Virus record (IMG/VR): IMGVR_UViG_3300024259_000010
Span: 1-64,000 of that record
Direction: 5' to 3' (one strand)
Length of the DNA stretch: 64,000 nt
Below are positions 9,447-17,168 of the stretch, in pieces; positions within the stretch are counted from its first letter, which is position 1, and the number at the start of each line of letters is the position of its first letter. The notes beneath the pieces were generated by a model. That model was not told the DNA's origin. It saw only the letters and a program-made list of their open reading frames with translations, and ran no database searches. The translations under genes were made by a program, and so were the position numbers.

Positions 9447-9830
9447 TATAATAAGTTGGTTATGCGGATTGCTTGTTTGCGGTCGGCCTGCTTATAACTA
9501 ATTGGGGTATATAAAATCCATGATGTACCGGCGTATCCTTCGGGGTACATTACCCACGTCATGGTCTAGTATATTGATTACTTGTTATTGTAACCCATAC
9601 GAGGGTTATTAGAGTATACGGTATCATGTTGATGATTCCTTGCCTGAAGACGGGCAAGTGGAGACAGTACTAAACAATATGCAAACCAGTAAACAGTCTG
9701 GCAGAACGGGGAGCAACTAGCCCGCCAGATGAGGACCTATACATTATTTATAGGAGGGTCGGGAGCAGTGGCCTTTTAAATCACTATCATGAAAAACAAT
9801 GATAGCACTGCCACCAATTTATTGATTATA
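9447..9830 (+). ncRNA. Candidate ~385-nt structured ncRNA (RNA-B), family unassigned
   Basis: 11-bp closing helix (9450-9460/9813-9823), at least 7 internal stems, no ORF of 60 aa or more on either strand, terminator follows. Confidence 0.65.
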
Positions 9831-9870
9831 AGATACTACTGGATTGTCCAGTAGTATCTTATATATTTTT
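9828..9870 (+). terminator. Long hairpin terminator
   Basis: Perfect 16-bp IR ATAAGATACTACTGGA/TCCAGTAGTATCTTAT plus T-rich tail. Confidence 0.8.
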
Positions 9871-9893
9871 TAAAAATTAAAAAGGAGTATTAT

Positions 9894-10181
9894 ATGAAAT
9901 ATGTAATTGTAAATGATGGATGGGATACAGACCCAGTACCATGTGCTCATGTCTTCTCAGAAGAGATTGGTCACAAAATGGTTGTGGATATGAATACCCA
10001 AGTTATGAGCGCAGGTTTCTGTAATGTAGTGGACGGTCGAATGATTGTTCAAGTTGGTCGTCCTTCTGATTCATTAAATATTGGACCTGCACCTAATGAT
10101 GGAGATCTTCTAACAAAATTAATCCTCCAAGGCAAAGAGCCTATGGATATTGTACGTGAGCGAAGGGATGCTAATGAATAA
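9894..10181 (+). CDS. Hypothetical protein
   Basis: 95-aa ORF, AAGGAG RBS. Confidence 0.8.
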   Translation: MKYVIVNDGWDTDPVPCAHVFSEEIGHKMVVDMNTQVMSAGFCNVVDGRMIVQVGRPSDSLNIGPAPNDGDLLTKLILQGKEPMDIVRERRDANE

Positions 10182-10695
10182 AATAACTAAAATGAAATTA
10201 TGTGTATGGTGGTTCCATCGTGGTCAGAAATATGGTGAGTTGCCATACACATTCCACTTAAATCAATGTTTTGATAGACTACTTGGTTTACACTGTGTAG
10301 ACGTAGATCTACTATGTGCTATGCTTGGTCATGATCTATTTGAAGATACGAAATGTTATTATGCATTTGTTGAAAAACATTTTGGATATCGTGTAGCAGA
10401 GTTGATCAAGGGTATGACTAAGAGTCAAGGAGCTGATTATACGAAGTATGTCAAATCTATTACAAAGAGGACTGAATATCGTAAGGATGTTATGATCCTT
10501 AAAATGATTGATAATATTTGTAACCATACTAATAGTTACATGACTCGTGACCGTAGACGTATGACTAAGTATGAAGGTTCGTTAGGTATATTGCGAGAAA
10601 CATGTGATATGTTATTACATACCAAATCTATATCTGAAATGGATGCGTTACATCAGTTAATAGCGTCTATGGCAGTCCCGACAATTGAGGAATAA
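10174..10695 (+). CDS. HD-domain hydrolase, RelA/SpoT (Mesh1 / small alarmone hydrolase)-like
   Basis: HRGQKYGELPYTFH, GHDLFEDT and KMIDNICN match SpoT-type HD motifs. Confidence 0.8.
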   Translation: MNKITKMKLCVWWFHRGQKYGELPYTFHLNQCFDRLLGLHCVDVDLLCAMLGHDLFEDTKCYYAFVEKHFGYRVAELIKGMTKSQGADYTKYVKSITKRTEYRKDVMILKMIDNICNHTNSYMTRDRRRMTKYEGSLGILRETCDMLLHTKSISEMDALHQLIASMAVPTIEE

Positions 10696-10712
10696 ATTAA
10701 AGAAAGAAAAAT

Positions 10713-10952
10713 ATGAATGATCATGAAATTTTATTAAAACATTATACCATACGTAGAGGTAGTAATGTAATATTCTTTATAATGAATGGTATGTTCACAT
10801 TAGGGTTTGCATATTTATTACCTGCGATAACGGTTGAGTATAATCCAATCACACCATTACCATGTATGCTTGTATGTATATATTTTGGTATAAAGTATAT
10901 ATATACTAATCGTATATGTAAAGAATTAACGAATAAATTAAAAGGAATATAA
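10713..10952 (+). CDS. Membrane protein (2 TM)
   Basis: 79-aa ORF with two hydrophobic segments. Confidence 0.7.
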   Translation: MNDHEILLKHYTIRRGSNVIFFIMNGMFTLGFAYLLPAITVEYNPITPLPCMLVCIYFGIKYIYTNRICKELTNKLKGI

Positions 10953-10953
10953 T

Positions 10954-11358
10954 ATGAAAATTACTGGAGAAATGAAGTCCAAAATAGTATTTGGATTAAT
11001 TATATCAGTATGTGTATTAATTGGAGTATATTGTCTGATCAATATTAATCTCCCATCGAGTGATACTGTTATTTATCGTGTCTCAAACTTGGTAGAAGAA
11101 ACATCACGTGATGTATCATCTACTAGTCGTAAAGAAATTATCGACATGTATGAGATTGAATTAAATAAAGGCATTGCATTAGTTGAAGATATTATTGTCG
11201 AAGAGGAAGTAACCTTCTCTCACCGATGGAGATATAAGAGATTAATGGATAGACTTGAAACAGTTGATAAACTAGATCGACTATATATAGATCTTGCCAG
11301 TATGCAAGAATCAGTTTCTCATTGTAGGATTACGAGGAAACATGTTGAAAAAGAATAA
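10954..11358 (+). CDS. Membrane-anchored hypothetical protein
   Basis: 134-aa ORF with an N-terminal TM segment. Confidence 0.7.
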   Translation: MKITGEMKSKIVFGLIISVCVLIGVYCLININLPSSDTVIYRVSNLVEETSRDVSSTSRKEIIDMYEIELNKGIALVEDIIVEEEVTFSHRWRYKRLMDRLETVDKLDRLYIDLASMQESVSHCRITRKHVEKE

Positions 11359-11476
11359 ACAATCATGTGGTAGATGTGGTGGACAACTACCAAACCGATG
11401 TTATATCAATTAATATCAGATGGTGTCAAGTTCTGTATACCAAAGAAATATAAGTAATTCATTTAGTTTTTAAGTA

Positions 11477-11484
11477 TATATTAC
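11477..11484 (+). promoter_or_regulatory. Early promoter TATATTAC
   Basis: Exact motif, intergenic. Confidence 0.8.
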
Positions 11485-11525
11485 TTTATTGCAATCTGGA
11501 CATAACTTCAGAGGAGGAATAAATT

Positions 11526-11630
11526 ATGAGTAAATTATATGACGATGACCCATTGGACACTACTAATTATACACCATCTGACGATGACCGTCAAGATGAA
11601 CAACAAGATGGCGAAGACGCTTTGGATTAA
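11526..11630 (+). CDS. 34-aa acidic micro-protein MSKLYDDDPLDTTNYTPSDDDRQDEQQDGEDALD
   Basis: Strong GAGGAGG RBS right after the promoter; below the ORF-track cutoff. Confidence 0.65.
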   Translation: MSKLYDDDPLDTTNYTPSDDDRQDEQQDGEDALD

Positions 11631-12497
11631 ACTCGTTTGGGTGAGTATAAACCGATGTGGATCGGACTCTGTAAATCAAACAACAATATGTAAGTCACTA
11701 GTACACGGTATCATTCCAGTGAGTAGGTGGCTATAAACAGTTAGAAATATCTGTAGCTCGAAACTATGAGCAGAGCATATGTTGATGTATGTAAGAGTAG
11801 CTTATTAGGCCCAACAGCGTTGAGAGAAGAGTTACCTACCACTTACCTAGTGGATGGACGAACCTACCAGGTTCAAACTTCTCTCAGGATAAGAATCACC
11901 TATGTTGTGTTATGAACTGCCTGTACCTAATCGGGTGGATTGTAACATAACCTCTAATAACGTCGAAAGACTTGATCTATTATAGATCAACGGGAATAAC
12001 TAAGAGTAGGGGATAAGTCTGCTATAAGGACTCTTAGAAAAACCTGTGTCATCTTGATGCCTTATCGAGATGGTTGTGTGATGCTTTAACCGGGAGACTT
12101 AGAAGGAATATCTATGTCAGATCAGCAAGCGGTTAAGGTTTAAATATAGATGCTCATTAAGCACAAGGTGATAGCTTCATCTATGTGAGCAGTTGGTTAT
12201 TTCAAGAGTTGGAGTTTAGCGAGTTAGCACTTATCGTGTGAGCGTTTGCTCCAACCCTTGACCTATTTTATAAATCTCTTGATCTTTAATAATGATGTGG
12301 TACTTGTATACCAAATGTTTATGTCATTGTTATTGATCGGGCTCCACGTCTACGTCCTTTCATACTACGTAACGTCGGGTTAAGTAAACACAAAAAGAGA
12401 GAGTAAATCCTAGCCCTGGTTAGGTTGAGTCATCAGTGGATATTACAATAAGTTCTAAACATTGTAGTTGTGATATCCTGTTTCGGCACCTGATGAC
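11631..12497 (+). ncRNA. Candidate giant (~870 nt) structured ncRNA (RNA-C), family unassigned
   Basis: At least 15 stems with G-U pairs and nested multi-stem domains; no ORF of 60 aa or more from 11737 to 12590; ends in a terminator. Confidence 0.72.
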
Positions 12498-12526
12498 AAG
12501 AAACTTCTAATAGTTTCTTTTTTTTA
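12498..12526 (+). terminator. Rho-independent terminator
   Basis: AAGAAACT/AGTTTCTT plus poly-T. Confidence 0.75.
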
Positions 12527-12547
12527 ATTTCATGTGTTATTTAGGTA

Positions 12548-12555
12548 TATATTAC
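12548..12555 (+). promoter_or_regulatory. Early promoter TATATTAC
   Basis: Exact motif, intergenic. Confidence 0.8.
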
Positions 12556-12590
12556 TTTTATGAGAAAGCATTTTAAATGAAAGGAATACT

Positions 12591-12923
12591 ATGCGTAGAA
12601 AACATAAACTTAAATTACAAAGAAAATTCTCTATTATAGATAGATTATTATATCGTAAAGTATTTAACTGTAATGATTCCAAATTAGTACTTGTTGATAT
12701 GGTCACCGCATGTATTAAGTATCGTAGTGAAATATTGAAGTTATATAAACTGGCTAAGATACAATGTGATTATGAATTTACTATGGAGCAACCAGAATCT
12801 CTAGAAGGTCTATATAATGAATTATGTTATATATCAGATCGATTTGGATGCATACATCGTATACAATTGATGTTAAATACACCAGAGTACTATGATAATT
12901 TAAACACGATGTTGGAGGAATAA
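12591..12923 (+). CDS. Hypothetical protein
   Basis: 110-aa ORF, AAGGA RBS. Confidence 0.75.
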   Translation: MRRKHKLKLQRKFSIIDRLLYRKVFNCNDSKLVLVDMVTACIKYRSEILKLYKLAKIQCDYEFTMEQPESLEGLYNELCYISDRFGCIHRIQLMLNTPEYYDNLNTMLEE

Positions 12924-12925
12924 CT

Positions 12926-13255
12926 ATGTCATTAGTAACACCATATGTAGATGAGAAAACACAGAAGCTTCATATACTACGATCTCTAATAATGAATTAC
13001 TATGCTGTTGAAGGTCATGGTACAGGTGGTAGTTTACATATTGTACTAGATGATCATAATTACGAACGCACTCATATTAAATTCTGCCTGGATGAGGCTA
13101 AGAAATGTAAAGATCTTATGGGTATTGAAATAGCAACTCGTATGCTTGAGTTCTCTGATGAAGAGAATAAAGTATTGGTAGAAACAGGTTGGGAAATTGA
13201 TGAGTTAATAGGTAGTTCATATAAAGCAGCCTACATCATGGCATATAAGAAATAG
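12926..13255 (+). CDS. Phage hypothetical protein (GGSLHIVLDD motif)
   Basis: 109-aa ORF, GGAGG RBS. Confidence 0.75.
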   Translation: MSLVTPYVDEKTQKLHILRSLIMNYYAVEGHGTGGSLHIVLDDHNYERTHIKFCLDEAKKCKDLMGIEIATRMLEFSDEENKVLVETGWEIDELIGSSYKAAYIMAYKK

Positions 13256-13269
13256 AAAGTATTGAATAG

Positions 13270-13773
13270 ATGGAAATAAAGATACACTACGATTTTACAG
13301 ATGGTACTGAACTTAGTTATGTAGAAGGTCTTGAAGCTATTGATTTAAATCTAAGCTTTACTACTAACTGCTTTGAGTTCTTTACCTCTGATAGATCATG
13401 TGAAGTGATTGTAGAGAAAGCCAGTGGTCGTTATATATCTATGCAGGAAGTTCTTGCTAATGATAATTTTTATACACGTAAGCATATTCGTAAGGCACAT
13501 AACCTACGCAAGATGTTAGTAGCTGGTGGTTTTAAATGGAAGGGTGATATAATTTCCCCTAACCAACAGATGATAAATACTATAGACCCTCTTATACTTA
13601 ATCAGTTTAACGATACAGAAGGACGTGGATTGAAAGACCATGAGATTGGTGCATTGGTAAATGTATTATCTATACATCTTAGTAAGTATATTAAGTTGGG
13701 TTTCTTACGAGAAGCTATATCAACTGTAACTAAGAAGTTTCTTAATGACACAGGACTTAGATATAACAATTAA
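13270..13773 (+). CDS. Phage hypothetical protein
   Basis: 167-aa ORF. Confidence 0.75.
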   Translation: MEIKIHYDFTDGTELSYVEGLEAIDLNLSFTTNCFEFFTSDRSCEVIVEKASGRYISMQEVLANDNFYTRKHIRKAHNLRKMLVAGGFKWKGDIISPNQQMINTIDPLILNQFNDTEGRGLKDHEIGALVNVLSIHLSKYIKLGFLREAISTVTKKFLNDTGLRYNN

Positions 13774-13784
13774 AGGAAACACCA

Positions 13785-14372
13785 ATGATACAAAGTATTA
13801 CATTTGCAAAGGAACTCTTTTGTTTCAAAGTAGGAGATTCATATGACTTCAAACCATTAACATTATTGGTCGGAGATCAAGGGTGTGGTAAAAGCACTAT
13901 ACTGAATCTATTGGGTAAGCAAGGTATGTATGGTAGTACGCAAATGGTAAACATTGAAGTTGGTAAGAATGACAATGGTTTCATTCACCATGATTTTGAA
14001 ATGGCTAGTCATCGTACTAATACTAGCGGACCAAATCCATACTCACCTGATTACAATGACCAGTTGATTAGAATGATTGATTCTAAGTCTATGTCTCACG
14101 GTGAAGCCACTAAGGTTTCCTTTGAAGATTTTGATAGAATTGAAACAGATATTCTTATATTGGATGAACCCGATATGTCACTGTCTATGCGAAGTGTACA
14201 TATGTTAGTGGAACATGTTAAACGATGGATTGATTCAGGTAAGCAAGTTATCTTGAGTTGTCATCATCCGTATCTTATAGAAGCTTTTGATGAAGTATTA
14301 TCCTTGGAACATAAACAATGGATGTCATCTAAAGAATTTATAGAATCACATAATTTAAAGATGGACCTGTAG
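13785..14372 (+). CDS. ABC/AAA-type ATPase
   Basis: Walker A GDQGCGKS, signature-like SHGE, Walker B ILILDEP, H-loop SCHH. Confidence 0.88.
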   Translation: MIQSITFAKELFCFKVGDSYDFKPLTLLVGDQGCGKSTILNLLGKQGMYGSTQMVNIEVGKNDNGFIHHDFEMASHRTNTSGPNPYSPDYNDQLIRMIDSKSMSHGEATKVSFEDFDRIETDILILDEPDMSLSMRSVHMLVEHVKRWIDSGKQVILSCHHPYLIEAFDEVLSLEHKQWMSSKEFIESHNLKMDL

Positions 14373-14439
14373 CTCAGTTGGTCAGAGCAGGACACTCATA
14401 ATGTCTTGGTCGGGGGTTCAAGTCCCTCCGGGTCCACCA
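14363..14439 (+). tRNA. tRNA-Ile2(CAU) (lysidine type; elongator Met not excluded)
   Basis: Acceptor GGACCTG/CGGGTCC, anticodon arm GGACA-CTCATAA-TGTCT, overall pattern like E. coli ileX, encoded CCA. Confidence 0.9.
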
Positions 14440-14632
14440 ACTTTTAGACAACACTAAGTATCGGCGAGAGAACGGTGTGGGGGAACAACACTATATAAGT
14501 GCCCTCTGTCTATTTCAATTTTATTGATAATACTAATCCAAACTTCAAATATATAAAAAAGAGAGATAGGGTTAGGTTACATGAAACGAAAGGTATAAAA
14601 CTAAATCAATAAATAGAAACAAAGGAAACAAC

Positions 14633-14935
14633 ATGAGCGAACAAACAAAGAAATACCCACGACATCATATCACACTCAGCGACGGATCTTTATTATCATT
14701 ATCTGTTAATAAGAATCCGATACCTGATTGGGAACATATTGTGGAGGCATTTCCTAAAATCGTAAATACTGTAACTTTGGGAGAACTTGTCAAGAGGATT
14801 GATGATATCAATACCGACACGGTAGAGTATCACAATACTATTGATGAGGCTACTGATAAGTTCACTGGTGCAGGTGAAGAATATTACCTGTACACTGATT
14901 CATGTGATCGTCAACAACGCGTTGACGTGAGTTAA
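14633..14935 (+). CDS. Hypothetical protein
   Basis: 100-aa ORF, AAGGA RBS. Confidence 0.75.
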   Translation: MSEQTKKYPRHHITLSDGSLLSLSVNKNPIPDWEHIVEAFPKIVNTVTLGELVKRIDDINTDTVEYHNTIDEATDKFTGAGEEYYLYTDSCDRQQRVDVS

Positions 14936-14942
14936 TCAAAAC

Positions 14943-14976
14943 GTAGTCACTCTCCCTTAATTGGGAGAGTGACTAC
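14943..14976 (+). terminator. 14-bp hairpin, probable terminator
   Basis: GTAGTCACTCTCCC/GGGAGAGTGACTAC. Confidence 0.6.
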
Positions 14977-15001
14977 ACCTATTTAATCGAATGGAGATAT
15001 T

Positions 15002-15262
15002 ATGTTAGAAGACGGATTGGGTATACGAATACTAGATAATCCATTCACTGGTAAGAAAATAATAAGTATACCAAAGAGTAGGCAAAGAGCCAAACGCATA
15101 AATGCAATATATATGTGTGAGCGTGCTATTATAATGGGTGGACATTCTTATTATGTAAATGCTTATACAGCTATGCAAGAAGCGGGTATGCAAAAGTGGC
15201 CGTTTACAGAACAAGAAGAAAATGAACTTTTAGAAAGAGATCAAATAAAGGCAAATATATGA
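15002..15262 (+). CDS. Hypothetical protein
   Basis: 86-aa ORF, GGAG RBS. Confidence 0.75.
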   Translation: MLEDGLGIRILDNPFTGKKIISIPKSRQRAKRINAIYMCERAIIMGGHSYYVNAYTAMQEAGMQKWPFTEQEENELLERDQIKANI

Positions 15263-15357
15263 AAAAGAAAATAGAAAGTAAAATTATTCCTGATAATAAA
15301 ATGCCAACAACTGATAAATCTGAAGACGAAGAAGAAGAAAAATAAGGGAGTATTAAT

Positions 15358-15498
15358 ATGTGTAAAGTAGATGATGGTAGAAAAGATGATGACTGTCGAA
15401 CATGTGGTGATGACAAAAGTAATAACTATACAAGCCAGTCTGGTAATAGTGTCTGTGGTTGCGGCACTCCAAGTCACACAGATAGTAAAGGTAAATAA
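15358..15498 (+). CDS. Small Cys-rich protein (46 aa)
   Basis: GGGAG RBS; contains CRTC and CGCG. Confidence 0.55.
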   Translation: MCKVDDGRKDDDCRTCGDDKSNNYTSQSGNSVCGCGTPSHTDSKGK

Positions 15499-15501
15499 GT
15501 T

Positions 15502-15681
15502 ATGGCAACAAATCCAGTAGGTAAGGGAACAAAGACGATTGGTTTGAATATGTCTAAGAAGATGGCAACGACTCTTGAGAAACGAGCTGCTTCTATGCAT
15601 ATCTCCACCAGTAAGTACTGTAAGATAATCTTACAGCAATGGATCGACTCTGGTAAAAAGTTGACCCTTAAAGAAGATTAG
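15502..15681 (+). CDS. Ribbon-helix-helix-like DNA-binding protein (59 aa)
   Basis: MATNPVGKGTKTIGLNMSKKMATTLEKRAASMHISTSKYCKIILQQWIDSGKKLTLKED shows the RHH strand-helix-helix pattern. Confidence 0.7.
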   Translation: MATNPVGKGTKTIGLNMSKKMATTLEKRAASMHISTSKYCKIILQQWIDSGKKLTLKED

Positions 15682-15693
15682 CTTCTATGATAT

Positions 15694-15719
15694 AGGCACC
15701 TTCGGGTGCCTTATTTTTT
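15694..15719 (+). terminator. Rho-independent terminator
   Basis: GGCACC-TTCG-GGTGCC plus T tract. Confidence 0.85.
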
Positions 15720-15755
15720 CACACATACTATCTATTATATAAATAGGAGATTATT

Positions 15756-16121
15756 ATGGAAGACAATGAATATTTATATCATTACAACGCAGTGGTAACG
15801 GGTGTCTACGATGGTGACACTATTACGGTAGATATAGATCTAGGAATGGACACGTGGCGTAAAGGTGAGAAAATTAGATTAGCTAGAATCAATACACCTG
15901 AAGTTAGAGGTAAAGAACGACCTGAAGGAATTAAATCTAGAGATTGGTTACGCAAACGTATTCTTGGGCGACATATCATGCTTGAAACCAAGCGTGATAA
16001 GAAAGGCAAGTACGGTCGGTACATTGCGGAGATCTGGGTACATGAAGAAGATCTTGCTACCTTCATTAATATTAACGATGAGTTAGTAATTGAGAAACTA
16101 GCAGAGTACGTTGAATATTAG
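15756..16121 (+). CDS. Thermonuclease (SNase-like)
   Basis: VYDGDTITV, IRLARINTPE, DKKGKYGRYIAEI. Confidence 0.88.
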   Translation: MEDNEYLYHYNAVVTGVYDGDTITVDIDLGMDTWRKGEKIRLARINTPEVRGKERPEGIKSRDWLRKRILGRHIMLETKRDKKGKYGRYIAEIWVHEEDLATFININDELVIEKLAEYVEY

Positions 16122-16133
16122 AAAAGAGAATTT

Positions 16134-16346
16134 ATGCAAAGAAAAGTCCTTACAATCGGTGGGTTTTGTACTAACAAAACTTGTCCTTTCTGTGGTGGAG
16201 ACCCAGTGGTCATAACCGGTGATAATAAGAAGAAACATATTGAATGTATAAACAGACATGGATCATGTCCTATGAACATGCGAACTAAGAAACATAAGTT
16301 AGAACGTGAGTGTCGTAAGGAATGGAACACGAGATTTTACCCGTAG
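16134..16346 (+). CDS. Lar-like restriction alleviation / Zn-ribbon protein
   Basis: CPFCGG...C...C...WNTR pattern. Confidence 0.6.
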   Translation: MQRKVLTIGGFCTNKTCPFCGGDPVVITGDNKKKHIECINRHGSCPMNMRTKKHKLERECRKEWNTRFYP

Positions 16347-16480
16347 TCTATATAACGACTTTATAAATGCAGGAGTGTAAGTTGATCCTTATTACCTCTG
16401 AATTTCTACAAACATATAACACTTCGGTTATATGGTTATATGGACTACGACTTTTTAATAAAAAGTTATATAGGAAGTCA

Positions 16481-17041
16481 ATGGATAAAAAAGAATTATT
16501 TAACAGTAATGGATATAGAGGGAAAAAAGGTAATGATAAAACATTGGACCAATTCTGTAATAATATTATTGGTTTAATAGGACATGATATTACGGTATTA
16601 GAGGTTGGATCTTACATGGGTCATTCCGCAGCTTATTTTGATAAATACTTTAGCTTTGTGTTTTGTGTAGACCCATGGTTTCATCCTAAAAACCAATATA
16701 ATAACCGTCATATACAATTAGCAGAAGAGATCTTTGATGATAGGATCACTCCAACTATTATAAAATGTAAAGGTCTATCTGAAGATATTGTCAAGGAATT
16801 TTCTGACAATTCCATTGATCTGATATATATTGATGCACAGCATGACTATGAATCAGTTACTCAAGACATTGGTTTATGGCTTACAAAATTAAAGAAAAAT
16901 GGAATAATGAGTGGGCATGATTATAATTTCTATCATAAAGATGTGGTCCGTGCTGTAGATGAATGCTTTGGAGTACCAACAGTATTACATGGTCATAATT
17001 GGCTTATTGTCGATCCTCATAGTAAATATAAAAAACTTTAA
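16481..17041 (+). CDS. Class I SAM-dependent methyltransferase (Methyltransf_24-like)
   Basis: VLEVGSYMGHS, IDLIYIDAQHDYESV, GIMSGHDY. Confidence 0.88.
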   Translation: MDKKELFNSNGYRGKKGNDKTLDQFCNNIIGLIGHDITVLEVGSYMGHSAAYFDKYFSFVFCVDPWFHPKNQYNNRHIQLAEEIFDDRITPTIIKCKGLSEDIVKEFSDNSIDLIYIDAQHDYESVTQDIGLWLTKLKKNGIMSGHDYNFYHKDVVRAVDECFGVPTVLHGHNWLIVDPHSKYKKL

Positions 17042-17123
17042 GGCACACGGATAAGGGTTGAGCATTTAAAAGGACAGAGCTGAAATAGGCCGACCAACCA
17101 AACTCCGTATTAATTAAAATAGT

Positions 17124-17168
17124 AATATACTACACTCCCTATTACGGGGAGTGTAGTATATTTTTTTA
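17124..17168. terminator. Bidirectional terminator hairpin at a convergent junction
   Basis: 16-bp IR between convergent genes; loop ATTAC is the reverse complement of the GTAAT loop of the other copies. Confidence 0.8.

Noticed and set aside
7950-9530. RNase P RNA identity for RNA-A (GATGAAACTC) or RNA-B (AAAATCCATG)
   Set aside because: Only partial CR-I resemblance; no ACANAA-type CR-V with matching P4 could be placed, so both are left unassigned.
11539-11736. 65-aa ORF MTMTHWT...
   Set aside because: An alternate frame of the RBS-supported 34-aa ORF that runs into the structured region; no RBS.
12490-12520. Hammerhead-like CTGATGA...GAAAC
   Set aside because: Stem II is only CAA and stem I cannot form; the bases are explained by a long-range helix and the terminator.
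8715-16346. Amber recoding (TAG read as sense), suggested by in-frame TAG-then-ATG at 8843/8847 and 16121/16134 and by the TAG at about 46236
   Set aside because: thyA, recJ, dut and the >1000-aa virion genes show no in-frame TAG; a recoded genome would have many.
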